Notes under the pieces: generated by a model
The model's input: the letters and a program-made list of their open reading frames with translations, nothing else
What the model was told of the DNA's origin: nothing
The model's database searches: none
Origin: a virus
Lineage: Duplodnaviria > Caudoviricetes
IMG/VR virus record: IMGVR_UViG_3300044297_000019
Location: 1 to 30,395 of that record
DNA length: 30,395 nt
Direction: 5' to 3' (one strand)
Translations under genes and position numbers: made by a program
In this document: positions 1 through 6,304 of the stretch, piece by piece
Numbering within the stretch: the first letter of the stretch is position 1
How the letters are laid out: every line of letters begins with the position of its first letter

Positions 1-2
1 AC

Positions 3-203
3 ATTTTGGAGTTGAAGAATCGCAAGACGTTATCCCTTCCGACGTTCTGGGATGAAGCAACTTCCGAAGCAGAAAACTATGCGAAGGCTCGTGGTTTATC
101 CTCTTCACCGCCAGCCTTCGTCATAGTGAAACGACGAAACGCATCAATCGAAAAGGCTTGGGTTATCCAAGACTTACAAAGTTGGGTAAAGGAGAAACAA
201 TAA
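3..203 (+). CDS. Holliday junction resolvase-like protein, C-terminal part (5'-truncated by the window)
   Basis: xLELKN motif followed by EAENYAKAR...VIVKRR, typical of actinophage PD-(D/E)XK resolvases; lies upstream of the primase. Confidence 0.65.
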   Translation: MLELKNRKTLSLPTFWDEATSEAENYAKARGLSSSPPAFVIVKRRNASIEKAWVIQDLQSWVKEKQ

Positions 204-304
204 TGCCAACACCAGAAGGTAACATCACTAGTACACAGGTATGGTTAACACCAGCAGAAGAAGCAAAGCCAGAAGAGACAAAGGCTGAAGAAGAAAAGAA
301 ATGA
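203..304 (+). CDS. 33-aa acidic hypothetical protein (MPTPEGNITST...EEEKK)
   Basis: AAGGAG RBS, TAATG coupling to the upstream stop and ATGA coupling downstream; read manually. Confidence 0.6.
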   Translation: MPTPEGNITSTQVWLTPAEEAKPEETKAEEEKK

Positions 305-471
305 TTTGCGAAAACTGTAAGATGGCAGGTGAGTTCAACGCTCACGCTAAGCCAGCACTTGCACAAGCAAAGCATCAAGAGTGCGAGAAGGGTTGTGTAT
401 GTCAACACAAGGTTGGTCCAGAGTACGTCGCAAAGGCAAAGGTAAAGCCGATGCAAGTACAATCTCCATAA
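301..471 (+). CDS. 56-aa Cys/His-rich (probable Zn-binding) hypothetical protein
   Basis: MICENC...HQECEKGCVCQH; ATGA overlap with the previous gene. Confidence 0.65.
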   Translation: MICENCKMAGEFNAHAKPALAQAKHQECEKGCVCQHKVGPEYVAKAKVKPMQVQSP

Positions 472-770
472 CAACTATTGTTTTGCATTACGGAGGGGAA
501 GTAAAAGAGGGACGTAACGTATCGGTGAAGTGTTGTATACACCACGACACACGCAGGTCAGCAGTCATTGATACCTACAACAATTTATATTTTTGCCACA
601 CCTGCGGTAAAGGTGGAAGCGCAGTAGATGTGGTGATGGAGAAGGAAGGATTAGGTTTTAAGGATGCTATTAACAGAGCAGAAGAAATCGTTGCTGGAAG
701 CGGTGACACATTACAGCAATCATCTCAGCGACGAGGCGCTAAATTATCTCGACGAACGTGGAATATCTAA
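399..770 (+). CDS. DNA primase zinc-binding (CHC2) subunit
   Basis: CCIHHDTRRSA...YFCHTCGKGGSAVDVVMEKEGLGFKDA matches the zf-CHC2 pattern. Confidence 0.85.
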   Translation: MSTQGWSRVRRKGKGKADASTISITTIVLHYGGEVKEGRNVSVKCCIHHDTRRSAVIDTYNNLYFCHTCGKGGSAVDVVMEKEGLGFKDAINRAEEIVAGSGDTLQQSSQRRGAKLSRRTWNI

Positions 771-1305
771 CCAAGTAGCACAGCAGTTCTCGCTAGGAAC
801 TATCGTCGACCCTATCAATGGACACGAAGCATTTACTGGGTGGCTATGTATCCCATACTTCACTGCTCTAGGTGATGTGACTATTGTTAAGTTCCGCAGG
901 TTAGATGATGGCAAGCCAAAGTATGGACAGCCTGTTGGTCAGAAGACTCATCTATTTAATGTCTCAGATACTCTTGCTGATTCACCACGCATTGTTATCT
1001 GCGAAGGTGAACTTGATGCGATAGTGTTATCGGGAGTGATAGGAATACCAGCAGTTGGTGTACCTGGTGTTGCCTCGTGGAAGAATTACTATGCAAAGTT
1101 GTTTAATGGTTTTGATACGGTTTATATTGCTGGTGATAATGACATCAAAGAGGATGGCTCCAACCCTGGCGCTGAGTTCTCAAGGCGTGTCGCTGGTGAT
1201 TTAATTAACGGACAAATAGTACAATTACCCGCAGGTATGGATATAAACGACTTCTATCTGGCCAACGGGTTAGAGAATACAGCCAACCTAGTAGGAGGAA
1301 AGTGA
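664..1305 (+). CDS. DNA primase catalytic TOPRIM subunit
   Basis: YLDERGI, ICEGELDA, AVGVPG, AGDND, DINDFY motifs. Confidence 0.9.
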   Translation: MLLTEQKKSLLEAVTHYSNHLSDEALNYLDERGISNQVAQQFSLGTIVDPINGHEAFTGWLCIPYFTALGDVTIVKFRRLDDGKPKYGQPVGQKTHLFNVSDTLADSPRIVICEGELDAIVLSGVIGIPAVGVPGVASWKNYYAKLFNGFDTVYIAGDNDIKEDGSNPGAEFSRRVAGDLINGQIVQLPAGMDINDFYLANGLENTANLVGGK

Positions 1306-1718
1306 TGTATGACCAGCAAGAAGGAGTTGAATCAAGTAGCAGAATTGTTGATGAATATGGGGATGGTCATAGTCTCAATGGACTACAAGGAAGGAACTAT
1401 TACCTGCAAACCAATTCCAGTAAAGAAGTAGCAGACAAGTTTATCTTGGATATGTGGGCTGTCTTTGATACTGCTGGCAACTTGCTCCTCAAAAAGCACT
1501 CTGACTATGGTCCGCTCAATGTGGCTCACTCACCTGGTGGTGCGCTTAATGGTCTGCGAGTTCGTATGTGGGACAAGATTGCTCGCATAAATAACTTACT
1601 TGATAGCGGAGTAAAGCCTTCTAATGAATCTTTGCGTGACTCTTTTGTTGACCTGATGAACTATGCCGCCATCGCACAGATGGTGATTGATAAGACGTGG
1701 CCTGAGTTACCAGAATGA
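1305..1718 (+). CDS. Nucleotide modification associated domain 1 (Nmad1/DUF1599-like, all-alpha NTP-PPase-like) protein
   Basis: KKHSDYG...RMWDKIARINNL...ESLRDSFVDLMNYA motifs; GGAGG RBS at 1294-1298. Confidence 0.7.
   Translation: MYDQQEGVESSSRIVDEYGDGHSLNGLQGRNYYLQTNSSKEVADKFILDMWAVFDTAGNLLLKKHSDYGPLNVAHSPGGALNGLRVRMWDKIARINNLLDSGVKPSNESLRDSFVDLMNYAAIAQMVIDKTWPELPE
1309..1431 (+). CDS. 40-aa hypothetical protein nested out of frame in the 5' end of the Nmad1 ORF
   Basis: MTSKKELNQVAELLMNMGMVIVSMDYKEGTITCKPIPVKK; shares the GGAGG RBS; protein-like helix/strand pattern. Confidence 0.45.
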   Translation: MTSKKELNQVAELLMNMGMVIVSMDYKEGTITCKPIPVKK

Positions 1719-2101
1719 GTAGTTTCTCATCGTTTGATTTAGACTTCGAGTATGGAGTTGATGGAGAGAAGTTAGTCTCCGACCTGCTCTTAGGTAAAAA
1801 GACTATTGAAGTTAAGCGTGACCGCAAGTGGATTAAGACTGGCAATATCTACATAGAAACTGAGTGCTTCTTTACCAAGTCAAACTCGTGGGAGTTATCA
1901 GGTTTATCTGTTACCAAGGCTGGCTACTGGGCTTTTGTCATTGAAGAATCTATTGTCATCATACCCACTGATACCTTGCGCTTTGCTGTCAATGTCTACG
2001 GCAAGGAAATCTCCTGCCATATCCCACCGAATTTATCCAAAGGATTTCTTCTCACACCAGAACAACTTATCAGCGCAACAAAGGACTATCCTCGTGACTG
2101 A
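1715..2101 (+). CDS. PD-(D/E)XK nuclease-like phage protein
   Basis: FDLDFEYGVDGE...TIEVKRD...TGNIYIE motif; ATGA coupling. Confidence 0.55.
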   Translation: MSSFSSFDLDFEYGVDGEKLVSDLLLGKKTIEVKRDRKWIKTGNIYIETECFFTKSNSWELSGLSVTKAGYWAFVIEESIVIIPTDTLRFAVNVYGKEISCHIPPNLSKGFLLTPEQLISATKDYPRD

Positions 2102-2726
2102 ATTAAATCCTATCCTTGATGACCTGATTGCTTCGGTTGTCACCGTCACCTTCCGCAGGTATCGCAAGTTTGTCGAGCGTTTGGACCTCAAGCAAGAAGC
2201 CTACACTTTCGTCTACTCCAAGGCTGAGATGTTTAATGAATCTCTTGCTATTGAAAATGAGATACAACGTGGCTTTAATGAGAAGAAGATTGCTTGGCAG
2301 ATTAAGCGAAACCTTGAGCGCTACTGTCGCAAAGAGAAGGCAAACAAGTCTGGCTATGCCACCAATGATGAAGCCTTCTATGACACCGTCACCATCGCAC
2401 AACTCTTGCCCTATGTCATTTCCTCTATCGTCTCTAATACAGCCCTAGAACAGGCACAGAACCTTATCAATGATGGCACTCCACGCAAGCCATCAGCGCC
2501 AGCAGAAGGTGGCAACCTACTTGCTATCTTGATTGATATTAAAAAGTCTTACGAGTTATTAGATAAAGATGAGCAGGAAATCCTACGCCTGCGCTATCAC
2601 GACAACCTCACACTTGAACTGTTGGGTGAGTACCTCGAATGCTCTCGCTCTACTGCCGAGCGTAAATCTAATAACGCTTTGCGTAAGTTAAACAATAACA
2701 TCGGCGGAGAGTCACCCTATAACTAA
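2094..2726 (+). CDS. Sigma70-like (region 4 HTH) phage transcription factor
   Basis: C-terminal LDKDEQEILRLRYHDNLTLELLGEYLECSRSTAERKSNNALRKL; GTG start at 2094 after AAGGA. Confidence 0.75.
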   Translation: MTELNPILDDLIASVVTVTFRRYRKFVERLDLKQEAYTFVYSKAEMFNESLAIENEIQRGFNEKKIAWQIKRNLERYCRKEKANKSGYATNDEAFYDTVTIAQLLPYVISSIVSNTALEQAQNLINDGTPRKPSAPAEGGNLLAILIDIKKSYELLDKDEQEILRLRYHDNLTLELLGEYLECSRSTAERKSNNALRKLNNNIGGESPYN

Positions 2727-2899
2727 TGACATACGAATACACTTGCCCTAGTTGCCACATCACTATCTTTGTTGAGCGCTCTATCCATTCTGAAGCGTCA
2801 TCTCCCACCTGCCGCGACTGTCAGATAGAAGCGGTGCGTAATTGGTCTGCCACTCCCGTACACTTTAAGGGCACTGGCTTTTATTCTACCGACAATTAG
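2726..2899 (+). CDS. FmdB-family (CxxC...CxxC) zinc-ribbon protein
   Basis: MTYEYTCPSC...PTCRDC...VHFKGTGFYSTDN; TAATG coupling. Confidence 0.8.
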   Translation: MTYEYTCPSCHITIFVERSIHSEASSPTCRDCQIEAVRNWSATPVHFKGTGFYSTDN

Positions 2900-2900
2900 A

Positions 2901-2932
2901 AAGACCCCCGCCGAAAGGGTAGCGGAGGTCTT
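2901..2932 (-). terminator. Intrinsic terminator hairpin between convergent operons
   Basis: Minus strand aagacctccgc / gcgggggtctt 11-bp stem (one U-G), followed by a T-rich tail; lies between convergent stops at 2899 and 2948/2952. Confidence 0.6.
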
Positions 2933-2947
2933 AAGCCTAATCGTACA

Positions 2948-3226
2948 CTAACTAGTAGTGGTTGTGTCTAATGTGGTATTTCCACGCTCTACAAGGTGTT
3001 GAGTATCTCGTAGAAATGTATCTAAGACCGTGGAGAATTTGGATTGCAGGTCTTCTATCCTTTTCTCCAAGGAGTTGAGCAATTCCGTAAGCGCTACTTC
3101 TTGGGTTGTCTGCGTATTGGTCAAACCTGCTCTCACTGGTCCAAAGGGCGTTAAGGCACGACCATTCTCTTCCTCTCCACCCGTAACCAGCCGAAGCGTA
3201 GGTCTTTGCGAGTAATCTATTGGCAC
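2948..3226 (-). CDS. 92-aa coiled-coil protein overprinted on the transglycosylase gene
   Basis: AAGGAG RBS just before the GTG start; heptad segment LTELLNSLEKRIEDLQSKF. Confidence 0.45.
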   Translation of the reverse strand: MPIDYSQRPTLRLVTGGEEENGRALTPFGPVRAGLTNTQTTQEVALTELLNSLEKRIEDLQSKFSTVLDTFLRDTQHLVERGNTTLDTTTTS

Positions 3227-3386
3227 GTTTCTCCTTCCACGTTGCTTGTTTGCTCGTTATCTTACTCTGTTTGTGTATCGGTGTGTGAGCCGTTTGTACT
3301 CCCACTATTAACAGCAGGCACGAGAGTAGTACCGCTAATGTCCAACCATTTCTTTCCCGTTTCCTCATCTGCCTTAAACTCCTCAT
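2952..3386 (-). CDS. Membrane-anchored/secreted lytic transglycosylase (SLT-like, actinobacterial type)
   Basis: N-terminal basic region plus hydrophobic helix; CLNALWTSES...NPRSSAYGIAQ...GLRYISTRYSTPCRAW. Confidence 0.85.
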   Translation of the reverse strand: MRSLRQMRKRERNGWTLAVLLSCLLLIVGVQTAHTPIHKQSKITSKQATWKEKRANRLLAKTYASAGYGWRGREWSCLNALWTSESRFDQYADNPRSSAYGIAQLLGEKDRRPAIQILHGLRYISTRYSTPCRAWKYHIRHNHY

Positions 3387-3519
3387 CGAGTAGTTGCTTA
3401 TAGGTATCGTTGTAAAGGTTGGCTAGGCGCGTGAGCGCCCTCGACCTTGCTCTTTGATAGTTGCGTAGGTAGACCGCACTTTTCTCTGCTGAGCGTACTC
3501 TATCAGTTTTATCTGCCAT
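3262..3519 (-). CDS. Hypothetical helical protein
   Basis: YLRNYQRARSRALTRLANLY...; ATG at 3519 with GAGG upstream. Confidence 0.65.
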   Translation of the reverse strand: MADKTDRVRSAEKSAVYLRNYQRARSRALTRLANLYNDTYKQLLDEEFKADEETGKKWLDISGTTLVPAVNSGSTNGSHTDTQTE

Positions 3520-3589
3520 TAAGAAAATCCTCAAAGCATATCAGTATATATGCTATTAAACACATAGCGATTACGCCTAAGAAAATCAT
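3509..3589 (-). CDS. 26-aa membrane peptide (MIFLGVIAMCLIAYILICFEDFLNGR)
   Basis: AAGGAG RBS, ATGA overlap with the upstream gene, single hydrophobic helix. Confidence 0.55.
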   Translation of the reverse strand: MIFLGVIAMCLIAYILICFEDFLNGR

Positions 3590-3822
3590 AGCGGCTTCTC
3601 CTTATCCATCTGGTCTGAAATCGTGGCAAGAATAAGGGCGGTAACATCTATCTGGTCTGTCACCAGCACCATATCCTCTCCCTTTTCTGTATCCCATACG
3701 GTTACCACCACACGGGCGTTAGGTGTTTTACGAAAAAAGCGTACAGTTTCTAGTGCGCTCTCTGAACCAAAGGCGCTATCTCCCCCGCTATCTTTCACCT
3801 CATAAAAGTTTGCTAGTTTCAT
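3586..3822 (-). CDS. Hypothetical early protein
   Basis: ORF with GAGG RBS and ATGA coupling. Confidence 0.65.
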   Translation of the reverse strand: MKLANFYEVKDSGGDSAFGSESALETVRFFRKTPNARVVVTVWDTEKGEDMVLVTDQIDVTALILATISDQMDKEKPL

Positions 3823-3980
3823 TGTGTTACCTCTTCCTCTTCCTCTGTGTTAAACATTTGCGCCATCACGGCATTAGCCTTTCGTAGTGTAGCAATAGCC
3901 CTGCGCTGAGTTATATATTCGACAGCGTGGGCGCATTGGTCCAAAGATATTAAACAGTCCCCGCACATTGGTGCGCTCAT
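3819..3980 (-). CDS. Small Cys/His (CxxC...CxH) early protein
   Basis: MSAPMCGDCLISLDQCAH; AGAGGA RBS; TAATG coupling. Confidence 0.6.
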   Translation of the reverse strand: MSAPMCGDCLISLDQCAHAVEYITQRRAIATLRKANAVMAQMFNTEEEEEVTQ

Positions 3981-4120
3981 TATCTTCCTCTTTCTCTTCC
4001 GCAAGTCTTACAGTTCTCCAACGGTGCGCTATCTGTGTCCCAAGTATAGAAACCGCACTCAACGCATATTTCATTTTCGCTTGTGTATCTATCAAGCAAG
4101 TGTTCCTTCATCTTAGACAT
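3980..4120 (-). CDS. 46-aa zinc-ribbon early protein
   Basis: MSKMKEH...CVECG...CKTCG; AGAGGA RBS. Confidence 0.6.
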   Translation of the reverse strand: MSKMKEHLLDRYTSENEICVECGFYTWDTDSAPLENCKTCGRERGR

Positions 4121-4135
4121 TATTGCTTCCTCTTT

Positions 4136-4243
4136 CTAGTATCCACCAAGGCATTGTGCGCTCGGTGTGTGTAGTCTAAAACTCACGGCTAGTTCACCGC
4201 GAGTGGGGGCGTACAGTATGACACCGCACGCCCCGCACTTCAT
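4136..4243 (-). CDS. Small CxxC...H...C protein (may extend to an ATT at 4279)
   Basis: MKCGACGVILYAPT...LHTPSAQCLGGY fills the gap between neighbouring genes. Confidence 0.5.
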   Translation of the reverse strand: MKCGACGVILYAPTRGELAVSFRLHTPSAQCLGGY

Positions 4244-4271
4244 ATCCCATTCACCCGCTGACGGGTCATAT

Positions 4272-4445
4272 CTATAAATTGACCGCCCCCTCTTCTAACT
4301 CTCTCTTGATGTCGTTTATGGTCCGCTCGTTATCTTCCTCTGCGACAGGCTCAAAGTCTGGGTCATACACGCACCCTTTCCCGTGGTATGAGAAAATATG
4401 CTCGCCACACCCCGCGCATTCATTGTTGCGGTTATAGTTTCCCAT
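4272..4445 (-). CDS. Small CxxC...H...C early protein
   Basis: MGNYNRNNECAGCGEHIFSYHGKGC; TGATG coupling; GGGGG RBS. Confidence 0.6.
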   Translation of the reverse strand: MGNYNRNNECAGCGEHIFSYHGKGCVYDPDFEPVAEEDNERTINDIKRELEEGAVNL

Positions 4446-4594
4446 CACTTGCCCCCATATACGCATTTAATGACATCGCCGACGCATACACCGTCAGCGT
4501 TCACCCATAACTGGGTTGAGATAAACCAGATAAGCAGGGCTAGGGCGATACCTAGCACGATTTTTCCGCGCTTTGTCAGTCGTTGCTTAGGCAT
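4445..4594 (-). CDS. 49-aa membrane protein with RLTKRG motif
   Basis: MPKQRLTKRGKIVLGIALALLIWFISTQLW...; TAATG coupling. Confidence 0.6.
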   Translation of the reverse strand: MPKQRLTKRGKIVLGIALALLIWFISTQLWVNADGVCVGDVIKCVYGGK

Positions 4595-4953
4595 TACGCA
4601 CTCATCATTTCTAAAATTCCTTCAGCGTATCTCCACACTGAGGAATCTTGCTCGACTTGTTTGCGTGCGCCATCGTACCAATCTTGGTAGATATACTCTA
4701 CCTTCTCAATGTCGCCTTCAGAATCGGTAGTTATTTCAATCCAATCAGCAGGACCACCACCAGACCAGATAACCTTGTACACCTTCTTGACCTCTATTCC
4801 GTAGGACATTTCGTTAATTTCGTTATACGCCTCGTCCTCTAGGTCCATACCGTCACCGCTATCTATTACCGCATAAAGGCGGTGTAGTTCCGCCTCGCGG
4901 TCTGCCAGTTCCTGCCCAATGCGCTCAGCGCACGTTTCTTGCTTGGTTTCCAT
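4594..4953 (-). CDS. Acidic hypothetical early protein (119 aa)
   Basis: AAAGGG RBS; WSGGGPADWIE and YQDWYDGA segments; very acidic. Confidence 0.7.
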   Translation of the reverse strand: METKQETCAERIGQELADREAELHRLYAVIDSGDGMDLEDEAYNEINEMSYGIEVKKVYKVIWSGGGPADWIEITTDSEGDIEKVEYIYQDWYDGARKQVEQDSSVWRYAEGILEMMSA

Positions 4954-4986
4954 TATGTTTCCCTTTCGTGATTAGCCCCTACTTGT

Positions 4987-5041
4987 TAGGTGGCTACCTC
5001 CTCCCATAGTCTCGCAACTATGAGAGAAAGTAAAGCACCTA
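4987..5041 (-). promoter_or_regulatory. Long RNA stem-loop with GCGA tetraloop (candidate processing site)
   Basis: About 24 bp paired with five G-U pairs on the minus strand and one small internal loop. Confidence 0.55.
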
Positions 5042-5055
5042 CGCCACAGTTTTTT

Positions 5056-5193
5056 TTACTTTTCCTCTCTCTTGAATTTGTCGGCTAGGTTCAAGACCCA
5101 ATTCGCCACATCGGTTTGCCCTCTTTCTTTAGCGTCCTTGAGTAATAGGTGATAGATGTAATTATTCTCGTTTGGCTCTAAATTGAGGCGCAT
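5056..5193 (-). CDS. 45-aa hypothetical early protein
   Basis: MRLNLEPNENNYIYHLLLKDAKERG...; AGAGGGGGG RBS; TAATG coupling. Confidence 0.6.
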   Translation of the reverse strand: MRLNLEPNENNYIYHLLLKDAKERGQTDVANWVLNLADKFKREEK

Positions 5194-5336
5194 TATGCCC
5201 CCCTCTTGACTCTATGAATTCGATACTGTCCGCCTGTCCACGCGGTCACTGTCACCGCGTAATCTTCTGCTTCTTGCTTAGTTGCGAATTCATAGGGCAT
5301 AACACCTTTACCGCGAATTTCTACCTTGTAAATCAT
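5193..5336 (-). CDS. 47-aa hypothetical early protein
   Basis: MIYKVEIRGKGVMPYEFATKQEAEDYA...KRGA; GAGGGG RBS. Confidence 0.6.
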   Translation of the reverse strand: MIYKVEIRGKGVMPYEFATKQEAEDYAVTVTAWTGGQYRIHRVKRGA

Positions 5337-5337
5337 T

Positions 5338-5502
5338 CTATGCCCCTCTCTTTGCTAGATATTGCGCTAGTTGCTCATCACACTTAGCGCGGAAGCAGGT
5401 ATCGCATAGGCGATAGGTAGGTGACTCTGAGTGGTATCCCTTGCCCTGACCGCACTTGTCGCAAGGGCGGATGTATGAAGGAACCTTGAATTTCTTTGCC
5501 AT
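5338..5502 (-). CDS. 54-aa zinc-finger early protein
   Basis: CDKCG...LCDTCF; AAAGGG RBS directly after the ribozyme. Confidence 0.65.
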   Translation of the reverse strand: MAKKFKVPSYIRPCDKCGQGKGYHSESPTYRLCDTCFRAKCDEQLAQYLAKRGA

Positions 5503-5519
5503 TTCTTTACCCTTTCTCT

Positions 5520-5582
5520 TTGGTCTGGCTCATCAGTAGGGGGAGACCAATCCGCCCTAGACCCCCGTGAGGGGGTTTCGCC
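5520..5582 (-). ncRNA. Hammerhead ribozyme, type II with pseudoknot
   Basis: Minus strand: GGC-GAAA-CCCCC(UCAC)GGGGG-UC^UAGGG...CCCUA-CUGAUGA-GCC; loop I UUGGUCU pairs with the 3' tail AGACCAA. Confidence 0.93.
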
Positions 5583-5794
5583 TAGTTGTGGAGAACCTCG
5601 GTCGCAACCATAAAGCGATTCTCGTCAAAGCGTGGGTTTTCCATAAAGAATTCATTGGAGAGGATTACGGCTAATTCATAGAAACCAGCATTAGCGCCAT
5701 CCATAACCTCTTTGCGATTGTCTGATTCGTGCGCTACTTTGGCGCGAGCATCGCGGATTGCCTTTGCGATTAGTTCGTAGTCTTTGCGTGTCAT
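5582..5794 (-). CDS. First early gene; conserved phage protein of the MTRKDY...NPRFD..RF type
   Basis: MTRKDYELIA and ENPRFDENRF motifs; AAGGGG RBS. Confidence 0.75.
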   Translation of the reverse strand: MTRKDYELIAKAIRDARAKVAHESDNRKEVMDGANAGFYELAVILSNEFFMENPRFDENRFMVATEVLHN

Positions 5795-5841
5795 TTGATT
5801 TGCCCCTTTTCGGTTCGTTCGGCGGTGTTGCCGATAAGAGA

Positions 5842-5870
5842 AGAATATATGAGCACATAGTATATGTCAA
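5842..5870 (-). promoter_or_regulatory. Sigma70/SigA-type early promoter
   Basis: TTGACA (5870-5865), 17-nt spacer, TATTCT (5847-5842); a 5' hairpin tcggc/gccga lies in the leader. Confidence 0.85.
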
Positions 5871-6304
5871 TAGCAGAATCTAGCGCGTGTCGGTCAATAA
5901 TCGGTCATCACTTTAGCACCGTCTAATCAAGCATTACCATTGATTAGACTTGAGCAACGCCTTGCCGTTGCCACCGTTTATCGGTGTCTATTAGGACAGA
6001 TGTTCGACGGTTAGGCGGGGTGTATCGGCGGTGAAAGGCTGAGGGTTTATTAAGTGGCTCTGTCTGGAAATTGTTAGAAAAGGGAGCAAGTTGGAAATCG
6101 TCAGAGTGCCGAAGGGGTAGCACCTCTCCCTTTCTCCCCTTTTCTCTCCCTTTTACTCCAAACAAATTATCCTACGGGAAAAAGACGACCCCCTCATTTT
6201 AAAATTTAGCCCACCCAGCCCCATACTCCCACAATAAATATTTCGACTAAAGTAAAAGGGTTATATTGGCTGTCCTACTTTGTCCGTATTTTAATAACTA
6301 TTTT

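Noticed and set aside
1935-2093. Long N-terminal extension of the sigma-like ORF
   Set aside because: Overlaps the upstream gene; the GTG at 2094 has an RBS
3874-4095. 73-aa minus-strand ORF
   Set aside because: Better explained by the two coupled Cys-motif genes 3819-3980 and 3980-4120
5887-5891. GACAC (WhiA-like) motif upstream of the early promoter
   Set aside because: Only 5 bp and 16 nt from the -35 element; not distinguishable from chance
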